Origin: the human T2T-CHM13v2.0 reference genome, Homo sapiens
NCBI RefSeq assembly: GCF_009914755.1
Contig: NC_060941.1
Strand: one strand, 5' to 3'
DNA: 64,000 bases
Positions 1-12,140 of this stretch are shown here, piece after piece. Made by a program: the position numbers and the translations under genes. Position 1 is the stretch's first letter, and the number at the start of each line of letters is the position of its first letter. The notes beneath the pieces are model-generated. The model saw only the letters and a program-made list of their open reading frames with translations. It was not told the origin of the DNA and searched no databases.

Positions 1-818
1 AAACCCTTGGGATTAAAAGTAAAGAAACAGGTGTGCTTGAAATGGAAAGCAGCCAGGATGAATAGGGACTACTTACCACAGTCAGGCAAGCACAGAAAGG
101 GTCAATGGCATATGTGTCTGTTGCACTCTCTGTATGTCAAAACAATTGAAGCAGTCTGATCACACATAGCTCGATATGTGTATGTACATACACATGTATC
201 TATATATGTATAGGTGCATGTAATTTTTATCATTGAAAAACAGTTAAATTAGATGGAATAGGTCTATGCCCCTCCTCCTTCTTAGCCTATTTAAGAGGGA
301 GCCTCCTCCCTCTTAGCCCACTCATTCTTCATACATCCACTCAATCGTCTGTTATTCAGGGAACCCTTTTCTCATCCCTTTAACTAGGTCCAATTTATCT
401 TTTTTGTGCATCCATAGAAAATCTATCTTTTATGATAGTGGCACTAATTAGAGTTGTACTTTTATTATGAGTTGTCTGGTAATTTGATTAACATTTCTCT
501 TCCATGAGGATCAGGTCCTTGAAGTCAGGAAATAGTGCCTTTCAGAAGGCTTCCCTCCTAGAATGTACTAAATGGTTACACACTGAATGAATAATCCTTT
601 TAAAGGGAACATAACCCCGGGGAAGAAGGATCTGTAACCAATTATAAAATGATGTGATAAGTACTATACTGTAATTACAGATTTCTGTGGGAGTATATAG
701 AAAAGAGAGACAAATTCTGCCTGGTATGAAAAAAAGGTAATATTAACAGAGTAGATATTCAAGGGGTGGTGACATTGGAACTAGGCATGAGGTAGGACAA
801 TAAGATCTCTAGGAGAAT

Positions 819-938
819 AGCTGGGTAGAGCAGTGCTTGCCTATAGTCCCAGCTACTCAGGAGGCTGAGGAAGGGGAATGATTTGAGATCGAGGTCAGCC
901 AGCCTGGTCAACATAGTGAGATGCTGTCTCCAGAAAAA
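819..938 (+). mobile_element. Free left Alu monomer (FLAM_A-like SINE)
   Basis: GCCTATAGTCCCAGCTACTCAGGAGGCTGAGG...CAGCCTGGTCAACATAGTGAGA plus A-tail; TSD AAGATCTCTA(G/T)GAGAA at 802-817 and 939-954. Confidence 0.85.
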
Positions 939-1524
939 AAGATCTCTATGAGAAGAAGGGATAAAATGTGTCTTAGAAGAAAATCAGCAACAGATTAACT
1001 CTATTCAGAGGTGGCCAAGTGAGTTTCTTTAAATTTATGGTTGTATATTTTGTATATAAAATGTCCATGTATGTGTCTGTGTCTGTATCCATAGAGATAC
1101 ATAATATATGTTATTGAACCCAAACAAAGCTTGATTCATGTGGAGTCTTTAAATAGCATCAATACTATGATTAGCATCCCTTCAAGTGAATGCCAATCAA
1201 TTTTGACCAATCTCATTAAACAGAAAGTTGTATTGTAGTTAACATTCACAAATGAGCCATCCATTTAAGGTCACTGTTTCATCATGAGTAGTTATGGGGC
1301 AAGATACGAAAAAGGGGCCTATTTAGGATCTACTTTTGGTCATAACTGTTCAGCATTTAAAAAATCACTTTTAATATGATTCAATCATTGAATAAAGCTT
1401 TAGGTGACTTGGTACATTTTTTTTAAAGTAAATAAATATGAGGACCTCAGGGATTTCTGCCCTGTGTCTAATTTTCCAAATTCCTAATTGCTACAGTCAA
1501 CATTTTTTTTTTGTATCCTAACAT

Positions 1525-1824
1525 TGCTATGGTAAAATTCTAACCCCCAAGGTGACGTTATTCTGAGGTAGAACCTTCTGGGAGGTGGGTTTAGGGTTCA
1601 TATAAAAGAGACGCAAGGTAGCTAAATGCCCCTTCCACCTTGTGAAAACACAGAAAGAAGGCATAATCTATGAACCAGAAAACTGGCCTTCACTAGGCAT
1701 TTAATCCATTGGCACCTTGATTGTAGACTTCCCAGCCTCCAGAAATGTGAGAAATAAGTTTCTGTTGTTCATAAGCTACCCAGTCAATGGTATTTTGTTA
1801 TAGCAACCCAAATGGACTAAGACA
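1525..1824 (+). mobile_element. ERVL-MaLR solo LTR, MLT1A/MLT1A0-like
   Basis: TG start; GACTTCCCAGCCTCCAGAAATGTGAGAAATAAGTTTCTGTTG...GGTATTTTGTTATAGCA...GACTAAGACA is a typical MLT1 3' end. Confidence 0.85.
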
Positions 1825-2371
1825 CTAATGAAGCAAGGGAAAAAAACTTAAGATGGCTTTCCAAAATGTGCTATTCTTTATTTAGGAGACCAATGCTTAG
1901 GACTGGCGATCTTGAGTAGTTATATCAGTAGAGTAAGAAATCCAGTCACACAGTGAACTGTTGGCGACTGCTATCTCAAGTTCCAACATGGGTGGCTGAC
2001 AAAGGAGTATGTCTTTGGGTGGGAGACAAAACTAATATGGTTGCCTTACCTGGGGCCTGGACTGAGGATGAGTAGAGAAGAGAAGGGCAAAGAAGAAAAA
2101 GACAGAGCTGTGGTGAGCTCACAGTCTGTGTTAGGCATAGAACACATTAATGTCACTCTGGGTGACATTTTATAACTAAGGCCTATGATGAAGTGATGGC
2201 TAAATGATTTGACTATAAAACACATCATATTTTCCATCAAGGCATCCAAAACAAACTAGTAGTCTAAATTTCAAAAGCAAATTTGTCATGCAAAGACAGC
2301 ATTAATTCAATTCCCGCATTTTCTCTTTTCTACCAAATTGTCACCTTTATTAACTGCTTGTGGAATTTCTG

Positions 2372-2419
2372 AGGTACATCCTGCCTGGACAAGGTAGATC
2401 CTGCCTGGACAAGGTAGAT
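2372..2419. repeat. 20-bp tandem duplication (about 2.4 copies)
   Basis: AGGTA(C/G)ATCCTGCCTGGACA repeated with period 20. Confidence 0.9.
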
Positions 2420-3819
2420 AATAGCCAAAGCCACATGGTAGAAAAATAGCAGAGCTCAGATGTGGGCCTGGGTTTTTGTCTCCAAAGATCATCTTGTTTG
2501 TTTGTTGAATTTGGGAGTTTGACCTTATCACAAGAACACTTTACTGTAGTGTGATAACCATTTATCCTTTTGCTCACACAGATATTTTTATAAGCCTGAA
2601 GATCTGTATTGACTAATGAGAATGATGCACTGAGCTCAAAAACTAGTATTACTTGCATGGCATTTTAAATTATATAACATGATTGCTTATAGGAAATACA
2701 TCCCTTTTTATAGACTTATGATGCCTGCTGTGTCATGCAATTAAAAAGTTCCAGAAAAGCATTCTCAGTATGTCAGATTCTTGAGGCTGATTTATAGGAT
2801 TACAGCTTTCCCCCTTTGTGATTCAATTAAAGCATTTTACATTGGGCTATTATAGAGTTTAAAGTCTGATCATAGTTTGGAGGCTGAACTATTAGATTAG
2901 CATGTGATCTGTTTATAAATAAACTGAATTTCTTGTTGGCAAGGGATAATAATTACAGCTGCAGTCATAAGGAATACTTACTAAAAACCTGTAAGACAGA
3001 CATAGAAGATAAAAATGGGTAATACCAATATGCAATGGATTATTGGATCTTACAGATAGTTAAATATAAAAATAAAAGCCTATTGGTATATGCTTCAGAT
3101 TTTAATCCAGGGACTGAATTCTTGACCAGATCAGTGATGTGAGGAAAAAAGTGTTCTGGTAAGGACCTGGGAATAGTTCAAACAAGTTATGATTACAAAT
3201 TCTCTGAGATCTGAGCCCAATCTGGTATTATCTAGAAGGTCCTATTAATTATGTGTGCATCTAAAAACCCCTTAATGGGAAATGAATGTTTTTTTTCCAC
3301 AAAGACTGGATAATAGTTTCAGGCATCTCATAATAAGAAAAGGAAAGAGAATCAATGGTGCTACCATCTGAGTTTGGTTGGTGGCTATTTCAAGAGAAAA
3401 TGCATTTTCTTTCATTTTGATGTTAGTTTTATTTTTGATTTTTGATGGCGAGGAGAATTAAACTAAATTGAATGATGTGGACTAGGCATTAAAAATAGTA
3501 CCTACTCTTCATAAAAGAAAGAGGGCAAAGGCAGTCAAGCATGAAGACTAAATAAATCTTTAAATGATGCAATAAAGAAATGATAACTTAGAGATAATGT
3601 GTTTGCCATGGCCCTTAGAGATGTCAAGTTTCCACCTGTGGAGATAAATAAGAGTCCGTTTAATAGAGAAATAGAATTTTGAAGGAACAGCTGCCCAGAC
3701 TACTTACAAAACCAAGAAATGAGTGATCTAGTGATAACTTAAATTTGACACTCTTCAGTCTTTGAGAATGCTATTAGGCTAAATGCATCTCCATCAGGAA
3801 AGAATATTGCCTCATTTTA

Positions 3820-4230
3820 GGCAGGCCCTCATTTTCTCTTGCCTAGGCTACAGTAATAGCCTTCTAACTGGTATTCAGTCTCCTCGTCTAACCACCCCTC
3901 CAATCTATTTTTTCTGTCACCAGCGTAATCTTCCAAAGGCCCCAATTTTAAGCCATTTCTATGCTTGAAAACACTTCAAAAACTCTCCTTTATCTAAGAA
4001 TAAAATCCAGATGGATTATCATGGTATAAAATGCTCTCAATCATCTGGCCCTCCATTACCCCACCGGTCTCCTCACTTACCATGCTGTGCCTCATCAACT
4101 ATGCTCCCACCATATTGAACTATTTTAGATTTTTTTGGGGGGCCATGATCTTTTTCACCTCAATGCCTTAGTCTCTGAAGCTGTTTCAGTCTAAATAACC
4201 CTATTGTATCTAGAATGCCCTTAGGTACTT
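3820..4230 (+). mobile_element. L2 LINE fragment
   Basis: CAGGCCCTCATTTTCTCTTGCCTAGGCTACAGTAATAGCCTTCTAACTGGT...AGAATAAAATCCA resembles the L2 3' region. Confidence 0.65.
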
Positions 4231-4874
4231 TTCAACTATTATTTCTTAATGACTTTTCTTGTTATTTTTAATTGATCCCCTACATTTTTGCCAGATTATA
4301 TTCCCCAAATCATAGAACCTATACTGCTTAACTGAACCCATTGGTTTACATGAAGGTAGGTCCATTTACCCATATTAGACCAGAAATTCCATGAAGGTAG
4401 CATTATATCGTACTTTTCTTTTGTTTGTAATATTTATCCAAGTTACACATACTCCATGCTAATTTAAACGACTTAATTAACAAAAGTTGTAGGCAATATT
4501 TATTAACATATTTAGTTTAATTTAGCTAAAGTTGGGGAGTTTAGAAGTGTTTATACAGGTTTGGGTTTGGGTTTTCCGTCTATAGTTAGGCCTAGCTAGC
4601 AAGCTTAATACTTTCTCAAAAATGTTTTAATAACAAAAAATTTATTCTATTATGTTCTAGTGAATGGAGGCTACAGAGAGCTGATACATGTATGTGAGGG
4701 TGTTTTAGATACTGTAAAAGTTCTCATTTCATTGATATGGAAGATATTAAACCAATTGAGTCACAAATGGAGATACCACACAGCCATCAAAATGAATAGC
4801 ATATAGATAGAAAAATAAAATGTTAAATGAGGGAAATACTATAATTATAGTACCAGCATATACATGGCATGCTT

Positions 4875-5137
4875 ATATATGTATACGTGTTTGTGTGTGT
4901 GTATCTATGTCTCTCTCTCTATATGTGTATATATATATCTATACACATATATATACATATATCTATACACATATATACATATATACATACATATGTGTAT
5001 AGATATATACACACATAGAGAGACATAGATACACATATACACATCTATGTATACACATATACATCTCTCTATGTATGTGTATATATATGTATATATATGT
5101 GTGTGTGTATATATATAGAGAGAGAGAGAGAGAGAGA
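4875..5137. repeat. Compound (TA)n/(TG)n/(CA)n/(GA)n microsatellite
   Basis: Direct inspection. Confidence 0.95.
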
Positions 5138-5661
5138 CTATCCTCCTTATTTCTGGATTTTATATTTACTAATTCACTTGGTAACATTTATTTGTAACTC
5201 TTAAATCAATACTCACAGTTATTTGTAGAAATGTGCAGAGCAACATTTGAGTCCCCTAACCTCACTCACATGTTTTCAGCATCTGCGGTCAAACAAAATA
5301 ATTATCTGCCTTATTGCTTTAGCTCTCCTCCTGTAAAGAAGTATCCTTTTCACAGAATATTTAGCGTCACATCTTTCACATTTTTGAGCTTTTTCTTGGT
5401 GATGTCACAGTTTAAAATGATTCCAAGTGTAGTGCTAAAATGCTGTCTAGTGTTTCTAAGCACAAGCAGACTGTGATGTGTCTTGTATAGAGAAAATATA
5501 TATATTAATAAGTTCCATTCAGCGTGAGTTATAGTGCTATTGGCCATGATTTCAATATTAATAAATTACAATATATATTACATAATGTACCTTTAAACTA
5601 AAACACTTATAAAACAAGTTTATATATTGATTGTGACCAGAGGCTTATGGAAGTCTAACTT
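5138..5661 (+). mobile_element. MER82 (TcMar-Tigger-derived DNA transposon)
   Basis: TTTATTTGTAACTCTTAAATCAATACTC...GTAGTGCTAAAATGCTGTCTAGTGTTTCTAAGCACAAG...TGAGTTATAGTGCTATTGGCCATGA...TGTGACCAGAGGCT match the recalled MER82 consensus. Confidence 0.8.
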
Positions 5662-5677
5662 CAAATAATGAGCATTG

Positions 5678-5687
5678 GTGTGTGTGT

Positions 5688-5721
<34 letters not shown>
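5678..5721. repeat. (TG)n microsatellite
   Basis: About 22 TG units with one TC interruption. Confidence 0.95.
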
Positions 5722-5723
<2 letters not shown>

Positions 5724-6777
5724 CATTTATATAAATTTCAGAAAACAATTTATAGCATCAATGTATACAGATCTATCTAGAAGTATTGTGGAACATTTGG
5801 ATATACACTGATTAATTATATAGTTGCCTATGATAATGGGGAGGGGAAGAAAGAACTTCAATTTTAATTATAAAGTTTCTCTCATTTTACTTGAAAACAA
5901 ATTGTAGCCAAAAAATTATATTAGTAATAGTTGATCTCCATTTCCACCTTCCCAGTTCCGGGTTTTGTTTTTGCTTTTTGACTTGGGTGAAAGCGCTTGT
6001 CACATGTCTTATAAGTCATTCATTTCATAATATAGAATATCTTTAGTCCGATAGTTAAGAGTATACACATTGGTTCTCCACCGCCGTTTAGCCAAATTTC
6101 CTACAGCTCTTCTGCTGGGTCCCATACTACAGGAACACCTACTGCATGTTACTCTTGTGACATACCTTGCATCTGCCCCTCCCCATGCTCATGTGTCCTC
6201 CATGTGTGATGTTCTGCCTATCAAATACTATCTGTTTTTCAAAGTTCAGAGCAATCACCTCCTCTCCCACACTCCATCTTGGTATTACAGCAAGTTTTAA
6301 TTCTCATAATACATTTTTTCCCTTGTATCATCCACATTCTTTTATGAAGTTTCTTCTTTCTATAAAAGTTGAAAAGGTGCCTGAAGGCAGAAGACCATGG
6401 CTTTCCCAGTGAAATTCCTAATTTAATAGACAGTGCTTGCTGGAAACACCAACAGAAATTAAATATGTGAAAACTAAACAACATATACACATGTCATAAA
6501 GTAATTCCATTCTCAGAAGGCTAATCATTTCTATAAATTCTGAAAATTACTTGTAACAATTTTGACATAATATTTGATAATATAATGGCTTGTATTTTAT
6601 ATTTTGCTTTTAGTTTACAAACTACATAAACTACCTATAAGGGTAAATATCGTTAAAAACCCAAATGAAGCTAAAGATTTGCTCCTTTTGCTGCATGTGA
6701 GATAAGTTTGCTTTATTTAAACTGTTTTTTTAAGAGTCTATATTTGTCTATTTGACATTCATTTATCACCAGGTTAA

Positions 6778-7301
6778 TGATATTAACCATATTTTTGTAT
6801 CTGCCATATCCTGATGCCCTGGCATTTGGGGTTTTAACAGACCTGGAGAAAGAGACTACCTCTCCCAGGGCTAGCTTGTTCCTGAAGTTAATAACAATTT
6901 GCCCAGGAGCATAGTTTTGATTTGCAAACCAACCAATCCAGAGTCTCTACCCTCAATTGCTTCTTCATCTAATTTGCACACACCAAGCCAATATTTTTCC
7001 TGCCCTAAATTGTCCTAGGGCAAGAAACCAGTCAAAAAGAGGCCACTCCCATAGCCCGGAGCCCTCAGAATTATGCAAACTATCCAATTCTAAAATGTTC
7101 ACTCTTTCCTGCCTTGTCTTTCCCTGGAAGCTCCAATAAAAGCTTGACCTAGGCTTTTCCCTCATTCCTCACCAACAGGAGTGCTGTGACTCCGCATGGT
7201 CGTGAGTGTCATAAACTTCTTTCTTCCAAGCCTTGTTCTACTTTCCTTCTGTGGCTACATTCACTTTTCCATACCAATCCAACATGTACATTCTTAGAAC
7301 A
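6778..7301 (+). mobile_element. ERVL-class solo LTR, MER74/MER73/MER54 group
   Basis: CTCCCAGGGCTAGC...TGCAAACCAACCAATCCAGAG...CAATAAAAGC; ends in ...AGAACA. Confidence 0.7.
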
Positions 7302-7889
7302 GTTTCAGTAACAGGCCCTTTTTCTTACATATTCTTTCCATAAAATTCTTTTCAGCATTTTATTTCTTCCCTGAAATTCTTCATTCATCCCTTATTGACA
7401 GGTTGAGGGCCTCATCTTATTGTTGAAAAAGGTGTGGATACTACACTAAAAATGGCAATATTAACCAATCTTGCTCCCTTGTATTTTCTGCCCTATTTGC
7501 AATGGTTGCAGTTAGGCCATGCCTTGCCAGATTTCTCGCTGGTAATGTGTGAAATCTGCCTTGCAGACCTTACTTTGCCATGGGTGGCTTTTAAGATATA
7601 GATGAGAAGAAATATTAGAAATTCTTGTTCTTGGCTTACACAAAAGCTGCATTCTCCAATCCAACGTTAAAAAGATTGAGATGCCTCAAACTTGGGAGAT
7701 TATCGGAAATCTAGCTAGATCATTAATGATACTGACACTATACTTTTATATTCTTATCAAACCTTAGTCTGTAGTCAATGATTAGAATCCAAACAGGACA
7801 AGAGAGGAATGTACACCTGCTGCAACAACCAACATTTAATCTTTCTTACATTAGAAACTGGTTGAAGTCTTGGCTACACAAAAAAAAAT

Positions 7890-8057
7890 AGCCCTGAGTT
7901 CAAATTTCTGCTTTGACATTTACTAACGCTATGCCTCTATTATTCCTCAACAATGGGGATACTAACTGGACCTATTTTAAAGGTTGTGTGGATTAAATCA
8001 GACAGTTCATTTAGAATTGTGCCTTGCCTTAAATACATTTTAGCTATTATGATTATT
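7890..8057 (+). mobile_element. MIR SINE
   Basis: CCTGAGTTCAAAT...AATGGGGATACTAA...AGGTTGTGTGGATTAAAT...TAGCTATTAT. Confidence 0.65.
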
Positions 8058-8063
8058 ATCCCC

Positions 8064-8760
8064 ATTTATTGATTCCTTTAATTGCGCAGGCAATGTTCTG
8101 AGTGCTAGGAAATAAAGATTTAAACTATGCCAAATATCTTTTGTATTAAATATAGTGGAAGATATATTATGCAGAAGTCAACACATTAATTCATTAATTT
8201 CTCAAACATACATACACCTACATATATATGCACACATGTATCATATCACCCTTTAACATATAAAGAAAAATAAATTTGGGATGGGAAATAGAAAATGAAA
8301 GGTAGGGAACTAGAAGGAAATATTTAAATTGAATCATCTAGGCATATAATACAGCAAGTGCTCTAAAGCTGGAATGAATCTGAAGTATCTGAAGAACAGA
8401 AAGAAGCTCATGTAGATAGAATGTCTAGAGCGAAAAACTGAAATTAGATTGAAATGGTTGGCAGAAACCAGGTCACTTAGGAAGTTGGAAGCCTTAATAC
8501 GAGGTTTATATTTATGTTAAGTACAATGAAGAACCATTAGAAGGTTATAAGCAAGGAACTGGTATGACCTGATCGAGCTTTTGAAAAAATATGCTACTGT
8601 CTGAGAATAGCCCTTAGGAAGACAGAGTGGATGCACGACAAATTAGGAGGTTTTGGCAAGTTCAGATGAGTGGTGACAGAGGCTTGGGCTAAGAAGTTAA
8701 GAGTAAAGATGAACAAAATGCTGGATGTACTGAAGGAGAAAAAATACTTGCTTAAGAGTA
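8064..8760 (-). mobile_element. L2 LINE fragments
   Basis: ATTTATTGA...CAGGCAATGTTCTGAGTGCTAGG and CCATTAGAAGGTTATAAGCAAGGAACTGGTATGACCTGA are antisense L2 motifs. Confidence 0.55.
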
Positions 8761-9597
8761 TAAACTTGATGCAAAATTTTAGGGAGTTATCTCCTCCATT
8801 TTCTCTATCATATATGCTATTGGCTCCCTATTGTATTCTAGGCTACTGGAGAAATTTCAAATATTATTGGGTCTGATGGGATATATGTGTGTGGAGTAAG
8901 AAAGCCACTTAGAGTGTAGCTGCAAATGCCTACAGAAGTGTCACTTGCTTTGAACTCTGAAAGCTGACAGATGTGAACTGGGGTACATGTGATCCAAAGA
9001 GTACACTATATTTGGTGTACTTGGTAAGAGGTACACTGTGTTACCAAGGGACATACGGGTATGGACAAGATAATTAATTTCTTTCTCATCAAGTCCATGC
9101 GACTCTTCTAAGACATGGATGTGCCTGAAAATGCATCTTCTGTTTAGAAATCAAGCAGTTCTCCCTTCCTACCTCCCCAGCCATACTATTAATGAGACCA
9201 CTTATTCCACATTATAAAACAAAGGCATACCTCTCACTTTTCCTAGGGACACTAAACACAGAAGCAATTTAAAATATCCATATCTTGGAAATATGTTTTA
9301 ATCAAGCTACCAGAAACCTATAGAATATTTTCCTGTACAGGTATCTGCTGAAATCCAAGTATAGCATCATAAGTGGCATAATTTTGCATGCTTTGCTATT
9401 TTCTGAATTTGCACACAGAATGTGGTATTAAGAACAATGACGGTTTCTCTTTAACAACCTCAAGTCTCCTTTCCACAAACCAAGATAAAAATAAATAAAT
9501 CTTTTCTGGGGGAGAACACTGTGAAATCAAAATAAATAAAGCATTGTTAAGACATATTAAAGGTAACATTTCACTGTCAAACGCAATTCTGTACCCG

Positions 9598-9707
9598 TCT
9601 TCTTTTCTTTCTTGCTTCCCTGCCTTTGCCTACCCTCTCGTCTGTCTTCTCCCTCTTTCTACTCCTCTTCGTGTTTCTTTTCTTTTTTTTCTTCTTCAAT
9701 CCCCGAT
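9598..9707. repeat. Pyrimidine-rich low-complexity tract
   Basis: About 110 nt almost entirely C/T on the + strand. Confidence 0.7.
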
Positions 9708-10667
9708 CTCTGTTTCTGTAAAGTTTTCCAACTAATACATTTAATGCATTTAGTAATATAAAAACAATTAATTAAAATATTTGTTGAAAGGAATGTTTTT
9801 AATTTAACAATTCAAAATTTTTCAATTCCTTCTGACTATATCAGGTTGAAATAAAGTGCTTCTCAGTAAGAGTGTTATTATCAATAGTCATTTTGTAAGT
9901 TTTGGAAAAGCCTTTTTTTATATCTCTCCAAAATTTAGAAAATGAGTTCTTGCTATGACTATGCTTTTTAAAAATATCTTTTTGCAAGCAGTGGGGTTTC
10001 TAATTTTTTGCTGTTAACAAAATTGAAGAAGGACATAATTCAATTGCTTGCTGATAGATAATTAAGAATAATTTTTGATAACATAGCAGTGTTTTATCTT
10101 TCTGTTTTGGGGAATTTATACTTTAGAAGGGCTTTAAAAAATTGATTGACATACAATTAGAACATTCTGTTCATTCCAAGATACTCACCCATATGAACAA
10201 TGTTTCTCTGTACAAACAAAAATTGTAAAATTAGTTTTGAGCCCTGTCTCATTTTTGCACTAAGCACTCTTCTTCCCCAGATACCTAAACACATTGAGAA
10301 GAAAATTTATCTCAGTAAAGAAATGTATCGAGATAAATTTCAAATAAAATTATACATTATATGTTAAATAATTTCTGAAGTTCTTCATATGTGTGTAATT
10401 GTGTTCAATTGTTTATTAATTATAGTTGTTATAATGACTCAATATATAGTAGGAGGAATTAATGTATACATATATAATCACAATAATTTTTTATTAATAA
10501 AATATTTTTGTAGCAGAGAACTGTGGGAGTATAATCAGTAAAATCAATCAAGGATAAAAGATATATTAGCAATCAATCCTTAGAATAAGTAGAATGCAAA
10601 TATAAGTTCAAGGAGGATAAGGGGAGATGTAAAATTGATGGTTGCTAAAGGGAAATGTTTTTCATGA

Positions 10668-10857
10668 TTTTTTTTTTTTTTTTTTAGATGGAGTCTCTCT
10701 CTGTCACCCAGGCTGGAGTGCAGTGGTGCAATCTCGACTCACTGCAACCTTTGCCTCCCAGCTTCAAGCAATCCTCCCACCACAGCTGGGATTACAAGCA
10801 TGCACCACCAAGTAGCTGGGATTACAAGCATGCACCACCACACCTGGCTAAATTTTG

Positions 10858-10901
<44 letters not shown>

Positions 10902-11028
10902 TTATTTTTAGTAGAGACAGAGTTTTATCATGTTGTCCAGACTGGTCTTGAACTCGGACCTCAAGTGATTCTCCTGCCTCAGCCTTCCAAAGTGTTGGGA
11001 TTACGGGCGTGAGCCACCTTGCCCAGCC
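10668..11028 (-). mobile_element. Alu (S/J-type) with internal duplication and (ATT)n-expanded linker
   Basis: Poly-T then antisense Alu; TSD CATGATTTTTT at 10663 and 11029; (ATT)n at 10861-10905. Confidence 0.95.
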
Positions 11029-11114
11029 CATGATTTTTTGTAAGTGGCCAATCATGCGTATCAAGTCACTGTAGTATTTAGATTCCATGGGCTGCATTAA
11101 AAAAGAATTCTGTA

Positions 11115-11895
11115 CTCTGTTTCTATGAGGCAGACTTTTTAGAGTCCACACATATGTGAAATCATATGGTATTTTTCTGTGCCTGGCTTATTTCACTTAG
11201 CAATGTGTCCTTCAGTTCTAGCCATGTTGTTGTGAAGGACAGAATCTCCTTCTTTTTAAAGAAGCACTGTATGGTACTCTCTTTTATATAAATGCCACAT
11301 TTTCTTTATCCATTCATTCATTGCTGGACACTTAGATTGCTTCCATGTCTTGCTATTGTACATAATGCTGAAATGAACATGGGAGTGCAGATATCTCTTT
11401 AACATACCAGTTTCAATTTCTTTAGATGTATACCTACAACTGGGACTACTGGATTACACTGTAATTCTATCTTCAGTTTCTAAGGAACCTGCATGCTATT
11501 TTTATTTTTGGAATTTTAAAAAATCCATATCATAGAAACAAACAGTAGAAAGGTGGTTATCAGAAGCTGTGGGATAGGGGGAGGGATTGGTAAAGGAAAA
11601 TGTGTTGATCAAAGTGTATCAATTCTCAGTTACACTAAAAGAATAAGTTGTAGTGATTTATTCACCGCATGGTAACCAGAGTTAATAATAATGTATTACA
11701 TATTTCAAAATTGCTAATAGAATACATTTTTAATAGTCTCACCACAAACAAAATAATAAATTGTTAAGGTGATGTATATTTTTATTAGCTTGACTGAATC
11801 TTCCTACAATGTATACATAGATCAAAACATCATATTTAACCCTTAAATATACACAATTATTATCTGTCAATTATAAAGAAATAAAAAATAACAGT
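11115..11895 (+). mobile_element. L1MA-type LINE 3' end with inverted 5' segment
   Basis: 11115-~11500 is antisense ORF2-end/3'UTR; ~11500-11895 is sense 3'UTR ending in an A-rich tail; TSD AAAAGAATT(C/A)T(G/A)TA at 11101 and 11896. Confidence 0.8.
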
Positions 11896-12039
11896 AAAAG
11901 AATTATATAAGTTTTTTTTGAAATGACAATATCTATAATTCACTAGGAATTGCATCCTTTGCAACTTTTCAAGCTCATGATGAAAATATTTAAATTTGTC
12001 AGGGTAAACAAGCAGAATCTTTTTGATACAAAATATTTT

Positions 12040-12140
12040 TAATAAGTATGTTTACATACTTATATTTATAAAATTATATATAAATATGATTGTTGATATA
12101 CATAAATATATTTATATATATATATACATAAATGTATATT
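12040..12140. repeat. AT-rich/(TA)n low-complexity tract
   Basis: Direct inspection. Confidence 0.7.

Noticed and set aside
9000-9048. Two adjacent short hairpins (7- and 8-bp stems) as a structured RNA
   Set aside because: The stems are short enough to arise by chance and there are no tRNA, snoRNA or Pol III features
10688-11012. ORFs with poly-Tyr or poly-Ile, and other Alu-derived ORFs (22085, 33382, 35453, 38777, 59808)
   Set aside because: They are translations of Alu sequence and an (ATT)n microsatellite
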